A stretch of 64,000 nucleotides of DNA, taken from positions 32,647,900 through 32,711,899 of the forward strand of contig NC_068990.1 of NCBI RefSeq assembly GCF_001194135.2, in the 5' to 3' direction. The position numbers were made by a program, and so were the translations under genes. Below the pieces are notes generated by a model that was not told the DNA's origin, searched no databases, and saw nothing but the letters and a program-made list of their open reading frames with translations. Below are positions 13,110-25,145 of the stretch, piece by piece. The DNA comes from Octopus bimaculoides (lineage: Eukaryota). The number at the start of each line of letters is the position of its first letter. Within the stretch, counting starts at the first letter, position 1.

Positions 13110-13400
13110 ATTCAGTCAAAGTTGAACACATTTATTTACATCGTCATTGTATACTGCAATGCCATCAGATACCCATGGTTCTCACATTAGAAGCCATCTC
13201 AATAGTTGTTCCAAGTAGCTCTGTGTGCCACAGTCACACATGCTGTCATTGGAGGAGCTGCATTCCCATTTACTGAGTGTCATTTTGACTCTTCCAACTT
13301 TGATTCTCAATCAATCAAGGAATTCCTGCTTTCTCCAATGTATACCCATAGTACCAGGTGGCAGTTGTTTACTTGCCATTGCTGTCATTGTTGAGAATGG
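13110..13400 (-). mobile_element. Ingi/Vingi-like LINE C-terminal fragment
   Basis: Minus strand: LPPGTMG...LRIKVGRVKMTLSKWECSSSNDSMCDCGTQSYLEQLL, resembling the Vingi/Ingi 'LPPG..W..LNRLR.GVGR....KWG....CxCG...HLL.C' end. Confidence 0.55.
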
Positions 13401-13440
13401 TAGTCTGTTGGTTATTTCTTTCTACAAAACCATTCTTACT

Positions 13441-14042
13441 TCATCAGGGCTGACCCATGGTTAAATAATAATAACAACCAAATGTCATAGAAAACCACAA
13501 ATGAACGGCTGGCAGGAAAAAAGAAAGATCAGAGAGCAGTCAACAACAGCTGGAGCCAGCATTTTTTTCAAAGACCAGGAGCTGCTGAAGTATTCTGATT
13601 CCCTATTGACGTCAATAACTGCCGAGGAGAGTCACATTTAAAGAAGTATTATCCTTGACTTCAGATGACTTTCAATTGTGATTGCTTCAAAGTAAGTCAT
13701 TCATCAACCTACTGTATTGACATCAATAAGACATAACTTTAGTAACTTCTGGGGTACTTTAGTAACTTCTGGGGTACTTTAGTAACTTCTGGGGTACTTT
13801 AGTAACAACAGCTTCATGGTCCCAGAAGTAACTGACATCAATAGGACAGTGAGAATACTTCAGCAGCTCATGGTTTTTGAAAAAAATGCTGGTTCCAGCT
13901 GTTATTGACTGCTCTATTATAATCTTTCTTTATTCCTGCCAGCAGTTCATTTGTGGTTTTTTTACAAATGAACTGCTGAGAGTTCAGTACTGCCACCAAA
14001 TTGGTTGTTGTTATTATTCAACCCTGGATTAACCCTGGTCAA
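13441..14042. repeat. ~600-bp foldback (inverted arms ~180-210 bp) with an internal 20-bp tandem x3.5
   Basis: 13441-13620 is the reverse complement of about 13826-14042 (e.g. AAAACCACAAATGAACGGCTGGCAGGA / TCCTGCCAGCAGTTCATTTGTGGTTTT). ACTTTAGTAACTTCTGGGGT repeats at 13736-13806. Confidence 0.9.
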
Positions 14043-14611
14043 GTGCATCTATGATAAAAAAAAAAAAGCATTCCATTTATAACCATTTTGTTCCATCACT
14101 TATTTAAACACGGTACATCTGGGACTACTTTATCCAATGTATTTGTTAAGTTGGCATGAAGAATCTTAGAGAATATGGCTGGCCATGTGACCATATATGG
14201 CTGGCCATGTGACCATATATAGAGGTTTTTATTGATACATGACATAAATGATAGATGTTCCTGGTGGAAATCATCAAATGTGGACCAGCTAGTTTAAGTA
14301 TCATATATAATGATATTACTGAAATATGTACAAGATAAGGTTAGATGGCATTACTCCATCCTATGACAACCTGAGTAGACATCTTGTTTTAAAAACACAT
14401 TAGGTTTCTGTAAGAGTGTACTTGTCATGTCCTACTTCAAAACACCTATACCGCTAAGAAAGAAATAGCATTAAGATGACGAGAGACAATTCCCTTCATT
14501 GTAGAAAAATACTAATTTGTTACAATGTGAAAGTGGATTCTATTTAATGGGCAAGTAAGCTCAACTAAGAGTTTAACCTCTTTCTAGGATGGACATATAT
14601 ACATACATACT

Positions 14612-14653
<42 letters not shown>

Positions 14654-14723
14654 NNNNNNNNNNNNNNNNNNNNNNNNNNNNNNNNNNNNNNNNNNNNNNN
14701 NNNNNNNNNNNNNNNNNNNNNNN

Positions 14724-15934
14724 ATATTTTTTCGATAATTCTATTTTTGAATCATTTTTGAATCTATTTTGTTTTTATTCTAGTTAATTTTAGTTAATTT
14801 TTGTTTATTTTCAGATCATTAAAATGGAATGTCAAGTTAAAAAAAACGAGCATTTTCGACACCCACTTCTTTTTGCTTTTAATCAAAGTTCTAAGGCCAC
14901 AAAAGCTGCTCGCAACATTTGTGCTGTGTATGGAGAGGGTGCCATAACTGAAAAAACCGCTCGTGATTGGTATGCCAAGTTCAAAAATAGAAATTTTGAC
15001 CTCAAAGATGCACCTTGTTCTGGCCGTCCAGTTGAGTTCGATGAAGAGCAATTAAACCAACTTTTACATGAAAATTCTCATCAAACGACAAGGGAACTGG
15101 CAGAGAAAATGGAATGCTCCGACACTGCTATAGAGAAGCATCTTCTCTGGATGGGAAAAGTTCAGAAGTTTGGAGCATGGGTTCCGCATGCTTTAGGTTA
15201 CAACAACAAAAGTCAACGAGCCACAATCTCCGCTGGTTTGCTTCCTCGTCACCACTCAACTCATGGACACAAGCAATGATTTCTTTATCGAATTGTTACT
15301 GGCAACGAAAAATGGTGCCTGTACGTCAATATGAAACAGCATAAGGAATGACTTAGCCCTGGTAAACAAGCGACACCACACGTGAAACAAGATCTTCATC
15401 CATGTAAAACAATGCTATGCGTATGGTGGGACTGGGAAGTGGTTATCCATTACGAATTGCTTGAACAGAACCAAACGGTCAATGCAGAACTCTATGTTCA
15501 ACAGATGGAATAATTCAACACAGCTATTCAAGAGAAAAGACCTAATCGGCAGCATGGAGTTCTTCTGCTACACGGCAACGCCCACCCTCATATCGCCAAT
15601 ATGACCAAGGAAGCCATTCAAATGTATGGCTGGGAAGTGCTGCCACACCTGCTGTACTCTTCTGATTTGGCACCAACGGATTTCTACCTCTTTCGATCTC
15701 TTTCAAATGCTCTTTGCGGAGTTTTGTTCAATACTGATGCAGAATTGAGAGCTTGGTTGAATCAATTTTTCGAGTTGAAATCGAGTGATTTCTACCAACG
15801 AAGTATTGAAAATCTTGTTGAATGTTGGCAAGAAGATGTAAACAACATTATTGATTAATTAGTTGTTATTTTTTATTAAACCTTTTAAAAAATTTTAATT
15901 TAAAAAAATGGCAGGAACTTAGTTGCTAACCCAA
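14724..15934 (+). mobile_element. Mariner (Tc1/mariner, D,D34D type) DNA transposon; left TIR probably hidden in gap 14654-14723
   Basis: Right TIR AAAAAATGGCAGGAACTTAGTTGCTAACCCAA followed by TA at 15935; (TA)n on both flanks; encloses the transposase frame. Confidence 0.92.
14824..15858 (+). pseudogene. Mariner transposase pseudogene (344 codons, single frame, stops at 15277, 15349, 15511)
   Basis: HTH N-terminus MECQVKKNEHFRH, WVPHAL linker, TGNEKW (for TGDEKW), HGNAHPH (for HDNARPH), YSSDLAPTDFYLFRSL (for YSPDLAPSD). ORFs 14824-15279 and 15601-15858 share one frame. Confidence 0.93.
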
Positions 15935-17299
15935 TATATATATATAGGTAAAATATCATAAATATACTGGAGTTAGGATATGATTCAGTAAGCCACTCTT
16001 TCTCTCTTTCTAATAGAGAGTTGACATTGCATTAAGGGAAAATATATTGGTAAAGAGAAAATATCTTTTATATAGGGGTGAGTGAGGAAGAAAATGGTGA
16101 AGTCTCTTTCAAAGTAATTAACAATGTAAATGAAAAAAAAACTGGTTTTGACCAACAAAACCTGGTGGATAGTTTTAAATCACATGGGAAGATTATCTCT
16201 ACCTTATAATGGTACTCACCCACACACTGTTAATACAGTGAAACATTCTTTAAAACATTGCACTCTTTGACCTCGAAAATTCTTCATCTTGCTTCTTTAG
16301 ATCTTACCATAAGCTCAAATCTCATAAGAGAAGTATACTTCCATTTACCCTTGCAACATAGATATGCACACATTTACAGTCTCTCTCTCTCTCTCACACA
16401 CACAAACACATGCACACACACACACTTTCTCTCTCTCAGACACAGATGCAAATATGCACATGCATATACAAACATACATATTCAAACATATATACATGCA
16501 TACACCAACACACATGCAACCACTCATATAAACATACACACATATACAACCCCCCTCTCTCCTACACCGAGATTAACATTACAAGCTCCATCCCAGATAA
16601 GCTGCCTTATCATTTGCTGCAAGAGATTCTAATCCAATAAACTCTCAAAGCAAACTAAGTAGGAATCAAATGTCTGAATTCCTGGTTAAATCCTTGTCTT
16701 CAATGTCTTACACTTGCTTAGATAATTGCGAAACAGTTATCTACCATGGAGACCTTATTAACTCAATCAATGTCACTATTTCTTTAGGAATAACATTGCT
16801 TCATTCCACTTGAACCAGGAAACTATTTCCTTATTTTCATTGTTTGTGCTTTTACCTCCATTCTTCATTGTTAGAATAATTTTTGATGTTATTTATCTAG
16901 TTTTATGAAACAATTATTATTATTATTATTTTTTTTTCAATTCTCTATTCTCCTCATTGCAAACCACTAAAGCATGATGTTAACAGTAGAAATCTGTTGT
17001 TAGTCAGGCAAACTGAGGCAAGCAGAGTTATAGGACTTGCTTAAGGAACTGTAACTCAATGGGAGTAATGAACCTGGAGACATTAATCATACCACAGCAT
17101 TTGATTATTATTGTAATAGTTGTTGTTACTGTTTTTACATTAATAGCAGATAGTTTGTTGGACAGGCTGGAAGGAGAGAAAAACAGTAATGAAGTAGTTA
17201 TGACTCTTCAATATATCTCTGTTGTAAGTTCAATCCTCTCTAAACTGGGTTTTGGCTATCAGCCCCCTTCAGCTGATAAAACAATGCCACTAATATCTC

Positions 17300-17648
17300 A
17301 TGGCCGTTGCCAGTACCACCTGACTGGCCTTTGTAGGATTTTCGAGCGAGATCATTGCCAGTGCCCCTGGACTGGCTCCTGTGCAGGTGGCACGTAAAAT
17401 ACACCATTTTGAGTGTGGCCGTTGCCAGTACCACCTAACTGGCCTTCGTGCCGGTGGCACGTAAAAGCACCCACTACACTCTCAGAGTGATTGGCGTTAG
17501 GAAGGGCATCTAGCTGTAGAAACTCTGCCAAATCAGATTGGAGCCTGGTGTAGCCATCTGGTTTCACCAGTCCTCAATCAAATCGTCCAACCCATGCTAG
17601 CATGGAAAGCAGACTTTTAAACGATGATGATGATGATGATTATGATGA
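17300..17648 (+). mobile_element. RTE LINE 3' UTR/tail (5'-truncated), ends in (GAT)n
   Basis: Same 3' sequence as the RTE copy at 25443-26412. Confidence 0.85.
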
Positions 17649-17968
17649 TCTCATGTGTACACTAACCAGGTCTTCAAGCAAACTTAGCTACAAATTTCAT
17701 ATTAGCAATAGAAGCAGCAGCAGCAGGAGTAGCAACAGTAGAAGTAGCACAAGATAGTGTTCTCTATATGATACTTAATGTGGATATTCTGTAGAAAACT
17801 GTTGTACTTGTCTTGAGAAACCATCTTTTACAAACATGGGGACGTGGCTATCATTTATATGCTACGGAAATTAAATTTTAGCAGCTTTCTCATGAACTCT
17901 TTAAATTCACAAAATTTAACACACCTCTCTGTCTTCCTGTCTGCACAAGCATGATGGATATATATATC

Positions 17969-18169
17969 TCTCTTTTACTTGTTTCAGTTATTTGACTGCG
18001 GCCATGCTGGAACACCGCCTTTAGTCGAGAAAATTGACCCCAGGACTTATTCTTTGTAAGCCTGATACTTATTCTATCGGTCTCTTTTTGCTGAACCGCT
18101 AAGTTACGGGGATGTAAACACACCAGCATCGGTTGTCAAGCGATAGTGGGGGGACGAACACAGACACAA

Positions 18170-18216
<47 letters not shown>

Positions 18217-18382
18217 TACGACGGGCTTCTTTCAGTTTTCATCTACCAAATCCACTCACAAGGCTTTGGTCGGCCCGAGGCTATAGTAGAAGACACTTGC
18301 CCAAGGTGCCATGCAGTGGGACTGAACCTGGAACCATGTGGTTGGTAAGCTAGCTACTTACCACACAGCCACTCCTGCGCCT
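17969..18382 (-). mobile_element. SINE family A, full-length copy
   Basis: Reverse complement of the 328-723 unit. Confidence 0.85.
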
Positions 18383-18914
18383 TATGTGTTTTTTTTTTAA
18401 TAAGTTAGTCAAAAGATTAAGTGCAGGTTCATGCCTTTTGCAAGCCCTTTTAAACTGCTGTCCATCCAACCTGAACATCTGTAGAACAGTGTGTGTAGAG
18501 CTGGAATTGACAGTGTAGTCTGAATGCTTACAACGGAATAAAAACATCAAGGGTCATAGATGCCATAAAGAATCCATGGTAGGAGGAGTGCAAGTAAATT
18601 GAAACAGAATGAAGTCAATGAAAATTAATGTTTGATGATTGTGAGAGAAAACTTTCGAGAGATAACTGTAGAATAATTGTGATTTTATGAGATAAATGAA
18701 TGAAGTTAAAGGTCAAACTTTTTGGACACTAAATTGATTATAAATCATATGGGATCTCTAGCATAGTTAGCTTACTAGAATATGATTTTATAAAGTAAAA
18801 AACATGTAGCGAAATGATTTGTTATATATATGTATATACAGAGTGTGAAGAAGGTAGAAATAGCGTATAATAATAATAATGGTAATTCTTGTGTGTATGT
18901 ATATATTTATCCCA

Positions 18915-18961
<47 letters not shown>

Positions 18962-19369
18962 TTATACATACATACATACATACATATATACTGACATACA
19001 TACCTATACTTCCTACACAATGATGGTGGCTGTAGTCTCAAATCTGTAGTGATGTCGTATGAAGTGCATATTGTGACATTGAAAGAAAATCTCCAGTAGA
19101 AGAAAAGTGATCTGAAACTATCTTGTCCAAGTTTGTGACCATGAAATCAACAACATAATTAAAACTTGAGGAGAGGCATGAAATTTTACCAAAACTCCCT
19201 AAGAAGCATTGTTAAAATCTATTTATCAAAAGACCAAAATAAAAAAAAAGTGGACCAGTTCACTGAGAAGAGAGTACATGGGTACTTGGCACAAAAATAC
19301 AAACCATAAAAAGAATTAATCATGTCAAAAGCTTGGCATGGAAAACTGACAAGTTTATGACATCCAACT

Positions 19370-19695
19370 TCAAAGGCTATGCTCATGAATTATGCTCCAA
19401 ACTTTGGTATTATAAAGAATTCTAATGCACAAACTAAACAATGCTGTCACCTTCCAAATATACCACTTTTGAAATCATGAGCAAAATTACTTATTGTAAC
19501 CAGTTTGATATTCAGAGGTTCTCAATTGTTTAACTGTCAACCTAAAGAAATCAGAAATATAAAAGGGACCTCTACTGAAACATTAAAAATCATTGGATAA
19601 GCTCTTAATGATAATACCAGGCCAGCTCCCTATGCAAGGATACATTCAGGGAAGATCAGCTGCAACAAATTCAATCCCAGACCAACTTTCAGCCA
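19370..19695 (+). mobile_element. CR1-group LINE C-terminal fragment
   Basis: APNFGIIKNSNAQT...SLIFRGSQLFNCQPKEIRNIKG, then (frameshift) DKLLMIIPGQ; fits the CR1/L2-group 'FRGPxLFNxLP..IRN....FK..LD.FL..IPDQP' end. Confidence 0.6.
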
Positions 19696-19799
19696 TAATG
19701 TGACAACAAAACTGAAAGAAAATAGATTAAGGTGGTGCTCCAGCACGGCTACAGTCCTGTGACTGAAACCATTAAAAAGTAAAAGAGTTAGGAGATCCC

Positions 19800-20415
19800 C
19801 ACCATCTACCTGCAGCATAAAAGGCAGAAAACATGGAGAGATAACAAATGTAGGCTGTACAAGGCCAAGACTGAAAACAGCAACTACATTATTGTCAACT
19901 ATGAGAGAATGTCTTCCAGATAATGTCTTTCCATGAGACAATGCAGTGGCCAGAACAGTCTGGGACAGGAGTACAAAAGAGAAAAAAACCTACAGTTGAA
20001 GCTGACTATATTGAGATCGATGGGTCAAAAGAATATTGATGGAACCTAAAAATGAAGACAATCACCACATTAAAATACAACCAATCAGATATTGGTTGTG
20101 TGAGACCACAAGGAAACAATATGTTCAGTACAAATCAGCTGCGCTCTAAGCACCAATGTGGTTAGAAAAATACCAGAGAATGAGAAAATCTATGGAACAT
20201 TAACAAGGAACTTGAAAATCCAGTACTCAAGATATACTTTCAGTTTCATACCTATTAGAATTGGAACCACAGGATATGTACCAAACTGTCAAGAGAAAAG
20301 TATGGCTGAACTTGGGTTCTTAGGGGAGAGAATGCAAATCCTTAATCCATACACTGAAAATGATCATGATACTTGGAATTATAAAAATCTGAAAGATTTT
20401 CTGAAGGTTTAAAGA
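19800..20415 (+). mobile_element. R4/Dong-like (restriction-like endonuclease) LINE C-terminal fragment
   Basis: DNKCRLYKAKTENSNYII...MSSR*CLSMR (zinc knuckle and RH), then KIQYSRYTFSFIPIRIGTTGYVPNC; frameshifted and stop-ridden. Confidence 0.65.
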
Positions 20416-20508
20416 ATAATGAACAAAACAAAATGCTTTCCATAACAACCTTGCTACCAAGCAGGGGGGCAATCAAATTTTATTCTAAATTAAAAGAGAA
20501 CATATATG

Positions 20509-20557
<49 letters not shown>

Positions 20558-20570
20558 ATACATGTGTGTG

Positions 20571-20614
<44 letters not shown>

Positions 20615-21341
20615 TTGTTGAATCAGTCTCTTCCTACTCTGAGTAGAGTTTCAACTTTCTCAGTAAGACTCATTATATTATCAATCAATATTTCAAATAA
20701 ATCATTGAGGATGTAGTATTGGTTGTACAAGTATGAGGGGAATAAATTATGTAAATCACAATAAATTAATTCTATATATTCATAAATTCTTTGCCTAAGT
20801 CTAAAATAATTTTGTGGCTCTACCAGCCAGAGAAAGCATATATAATTTGAATATATAGAATTAATTCCTATGCTGTGGAGTGTGTCAAGTATGTTTTCTC
20901 AAAGATCTATTGCCAAAATCTACACCATTGAATAATTTATATGAAATATTGATAGAACTATAAAAAGTAAAACTCTGTGCAGTTCTGACTGCCCCAAACT
21001 TAAATAAGACTGAAATAAGTTGTAATTTTGATTTCTCTGAATTGGAGAAACCAGTTTTTCTCTGAGTTCATGTAGACTGTCGGAAGATCTATAAAAACAG
21101 TTGCTAAAACAACAAACACAAACCTCATCCTATCCAGGAAAGATAAGAAGAACACTAATGTAAAACTATTAAAAGAAAAACAAGACTAACCCAATGGGGA
21201 GTCAGTTAAAGCATACTTGAACCTATTTGGTGATAACCATCCAGAGACAGTTCCTGGTTCTATGATACGAATTTCTTGATTTTAAGCAATCTAAATTAAA
21301 ACTTTCCATCAAAATTTTGCTTCAATTTATATTTCAAACAC

Positions 21342-21818
21342 TAACTCCAGCTGCCCTTCCTAACTCCAGCTGCCCTTCCTAACTCCAACTGCCCTTCCAA
21401 ACTCCAATTATCCTTCCTAACTCCAACTGCCCTTCCTAACTCCAGTTGTCCTTCCTAACTCCAGCTGCCCTTCCTAACTCCAGTTGTCCTTCCTAACTCC
21501 AACTTCGCTTCCTAACTCCAACTTCCCTTTCTAACTCCAGCTACCCTTCCTAACTCCAGCTGCCCTTCCTAACTCCAGCTGCCCTTCCTAACTCCAGTTG
21601 TCCTTCCTAACTCCAACTGCCCTTCCTAACTCCAACTGTCCTTCCTAACCCCAGCTGCCCTTCCTAACTCCAACTGCCCTTCCTAACTCCAACTGCCCTT
21701 CCTAACTCCAATTGCCATTCCTAACTCCAACTTCGCTTCCTAACTCCAGCTGCCCTTCCTAACTCCAGCTGCCCTTCCTAACGCCAATTGTCCTTCCTAA
21801 CTCCAACCACCATTCCTA
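21342..21818. repeat. 19-bp minisatellite (TAACTCCAGCTGCCCTTCC) about 25 copies
   Basis: Unit starts at 21361, 21380, 21399, 21418 and so on; variants differ in the central 4-6 nt. Confidence 0.95.
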
Positions 21819-22439
21819 AATAAAACATAAAAGATAATAAATGTCCAAAAGCTGAGTAGATATTAAACCTACATCTGAATTCTTGATGCATTACTGTGTT
21901 CACAGCTAAAATCAATTTTCTAATAGACTTTATAACATAAGCATGTTACCATGACAATGAGTAGAGAACTTGGAGTTTAGTGGTAAACAGAATCATAGGT
22001 CCACAGTTTCCTCTGAGCTCTCATCATTAGTTTTCACATTCACTCTTTGGTATTTGTGCAACTATGACTGTTTAAGAAATGTTGAAACACATTATTTGCA
22101 ATATTATTTTGTTTGTCATGATATGAATTTGAGTGTTACGATTTCAACAATCTTGACAATGGAATATGAATGAAATGAAAGACACAACAGAGACTCTTAA
22201 CATAATGAAACAATGGGTTAAAGATTTATAAATTCATGCATGCATAAAAGCAGCATGGGACCCACACAGCAAGAGTTCCACAAGCTGTTATTCAGTTATG
22301 GCCCTTTACATTTGGGAATCCAAATCCTACAAGGTAAACATAACCTTCTATCCTTCTAAAACAATAAAATCAAGGACCAACCAAATAAAGTATCATTGTC
22401 TATATAACTCCCCGACAGGCCTTGAACTAATGTTAGATA

Positions 22440-22463
22440 TTATTATTGCTGTTGTTATTATTA

Positions 22464-22535
<72 letters not shown>
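22440..22535. repeat. (ATT)n microsatellite
   Basis: Trinucleotide run; it produces the poly-Ile ORF. Confidence 0.95.
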
Positions 22536-22536
<1 letters not shown>

Positions 22537-22887
22537 CAAATTTTTGTTATGCCTTTGTTACTGGATATATGAGAAGCACACCTTCCCTATTAGGTATATT
22601 TTTTTAAATAATCTGGCACCATATGGATCTTTCGGAGAGAATTTCTCCTTTGATTTTTCAAAGAAATATATATTTTTCATCAGCATATGTGAGAGTGTGT
22701 ATTTATGCATTTGTGTGTGTGCGTGTGTGCATGTTTATGTGTGCATGTGTGTGTATACATATATACAGACATATATATACACATCTATATATCATCATCA
22801 TCATCATCATCGTTTAACGTCCGCTTTCCATGCTAGCATGGGTTGGACGATTTGACTGAGGACTGGTGAAACCGGATNNNNNNNNNN

Positions 22888-22935
<48 letters not shown>

Positions 22936-23840
22936 ATATTTATAAACTATATTCTATATCATCATATGCAGTCTTGAATATATAGTGACAGCTACATTCC
23001 CATTTATAACACTCTCTATATGTGTATGTATGAGCCTGTTTGTGTCTGTGTGCATGAACGTGTGTGTGTGTGTATGTGTCTTACATGAATGTATGGGAAA
23101 TTTTTTCTGATATTGGTTTACTTCAGTGGGGGGATAGTTCTTTCAGGAATCCTTTTCCCTTTTTTTTCTTATCACAACCAGGCTCTCATCTTCTAAGAGG
23201 ATCATTTTGCTTTTGCCCCCATGTTTTCAATATTGCTCTCTCTATTTGTATTTTACCACCAATATTATTATTAACATTATTATGGTTGTGATATTTCAAC
23301 GCAGTTCCTTGCAAGCTTTTATTGCACCGCCAGGTAAACTTCCATGTTTCTGAGGTACGTGCATCATTATTTATTGGCAATGTACATCTATGTGCACAGC
23401 ACACACTGCATCTGTTTTTGCTTTGTTGTGTTGTTTCTGGAGCTACTTTAGTGAAGTTGATTCAACCATATAACCCAGCTATCTCTAAAATTCAAGGCCA
23501 TGTACCAAGAAATGGCTGATATAATGACAGAATCACAGACACAGTGGTGGAGTAGCAGAAACAATGTTGGGATATCAGACACAATGGTGGAGTGGTAGGC
23601 ATTATTGTAGACACAATGGTAAAGGTGGCAGATGTTAGAGAGGAGATTAAAGTGTTGAACTGTGCAAGACCTATACGAAGAATGAAATTCTATCTTAAAT
23701 AGACTGAATTTACTCATGTAAAAATCCATGTGAGGTGTCTGGGAAAGAGATGTAGGAAACTGTCAAGCCCAGCTTCCCTCCTGAATGCAGCATAACTGAC
23801 TGAATATAGCAGGCCTTTGAAAAATCGTGGGAATATTGTC

Positions 23841-24889
23841 AGGCATGGATATGTGGTCCTAGGTTCACATGGTCCTAGATTCAGTCCCACTGCATGGCAC
23901 CTTAGGCAAGTGTCTTCTACTATAACCTTGGACTGACCAAAGCCTTATGAGCGGATTTGTTATTAAAAAAAACTGTAAAAAGCCCATTGTATATATGTAT
24001 ACATTAACTTGTTTATATATATATATATATATGTCCTTTGATTAATTTTAATCCTCCGGCTATTTAATGCTATTTTTGGCCTGCTATCGCCTGTGTCATT
24101 GATTCTGTTATCAACATTTTTAAAATAGTTACATTGGATAATAACAGAATTAATGATACCTTCGCAAATTAATTTTTCGATAATTATATATATATAAATT
24201 TAAATAATAAGGGTGAAAAATTGAATATTAATTTGATTAATATCAATTTTAAACCAGTGGCTTAGCATATTGAAAAATCCAAAGATTCAGAAAAATTATA
24301 TTACATACATATAAGAAGGATGACCACTAAGTGGACATCCATTTGCTAGAAGAAGACCACCTATGGTCTGACCACTAAGAAAAGATTGTTCTCAAGAAAA
24401 TTCAGCAAATGCCAGAACGTAAGCGAGCAAGACAAATGGAAAGATACAAAATATAAAGATTAATCACAAACCCAATTTCTTTGTTACTACTTATGTAATT
24501 ACTTATGTAAATGTGTGCAACTCATCAGTGTGATCGCCATAGCAATATAATTTGCAGAACTATACACGAGATGTCCGTATGAGATTGAGAATGTATATAG
24601 TTCTACCAATTACATTTGGGGTTATATTTCAAAAGTCTTTGTTTTGGCACGTCTCGTGTATAATTCTGATGAGTTGCAGACAATTACATAAGTAATTACA
24701 TAAGTAGTAACAAAGAAATTGGGTTTGTGATTAATCTTTATATTTTGTATCTTTCCATTTGTCTTGCTCGCTTACGTTCTGGTGTTTGCTGAATTTTCAT
24801 GAGAACAATTTTTTCTTAGTGGTCAGACCATAGGTGGTCTTCTTTTAGCATAATGGATATCCACTTAGTGGACATCCCTCTTATATATA

Positions 24890-24922
<33 letters not shown>

Positions 24923-25145
24923 TTATGTCTCTTTGTCCCCCCATACCTCTTGACAACTGGTTACAGGTGTGTTTACATCCCTGTAACTTAGCAGTTCAGC
25001 AAAAGAGACTGATAAAATATGTACCAGGCTTTAAAAAATAATAATAATAGGTACTGGGGTTGATTTATTCGACTGAAAATTCTTTGAGGTGGTGCCCCAG
25101 CATGGCCGCAGTCTAATGACTGAAACAAGTAAAAGATAAAAGAAA
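23841..25145 (+). mobile_element. SINE family A copy split by ~0.9 kb inserted into its central (TA)n
   Basis: Head at about 23841-24030; 3' half resumes at about 24920-25145. Confidence 0.7.
24308..24886. mobile_element. Long palindromic MITE-like element (arms at least 220 bp)
   Basis: 24308-24528 is the reverse complement of 24666-24886 with few mismatches; inner arms continue to about 24577/24646; flanked by TA repeats. Confidence 0.85.

Noticed and set aside
13081-13280. Branch point plus acceptor TACTAAC…CACAG at 13099 on the + strand
   Set aside because: Downstream frames close without a good donor, and the sequence is better explained as an antisense LINE fragment.
14173-14218. 22-bp direct duplication ATATGGCTGGCCATGTGACCAT x2
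   Set aside because: Ordinary slippage duplication.
21342-21818. Regular short repeats that might suggest a CRISPR array (also 50811-51760)
   Set aside because: Units are contiguous with no unique spacers, there are no cas genes, and the context is eukaryotic.
23186-23520. Open minus-strand frame of about 90 codons and mini-exon-like signals on the + strand
   Set aside because: No recognisable domain; partly an (AAT)n low-complexity run; within chance expectation.
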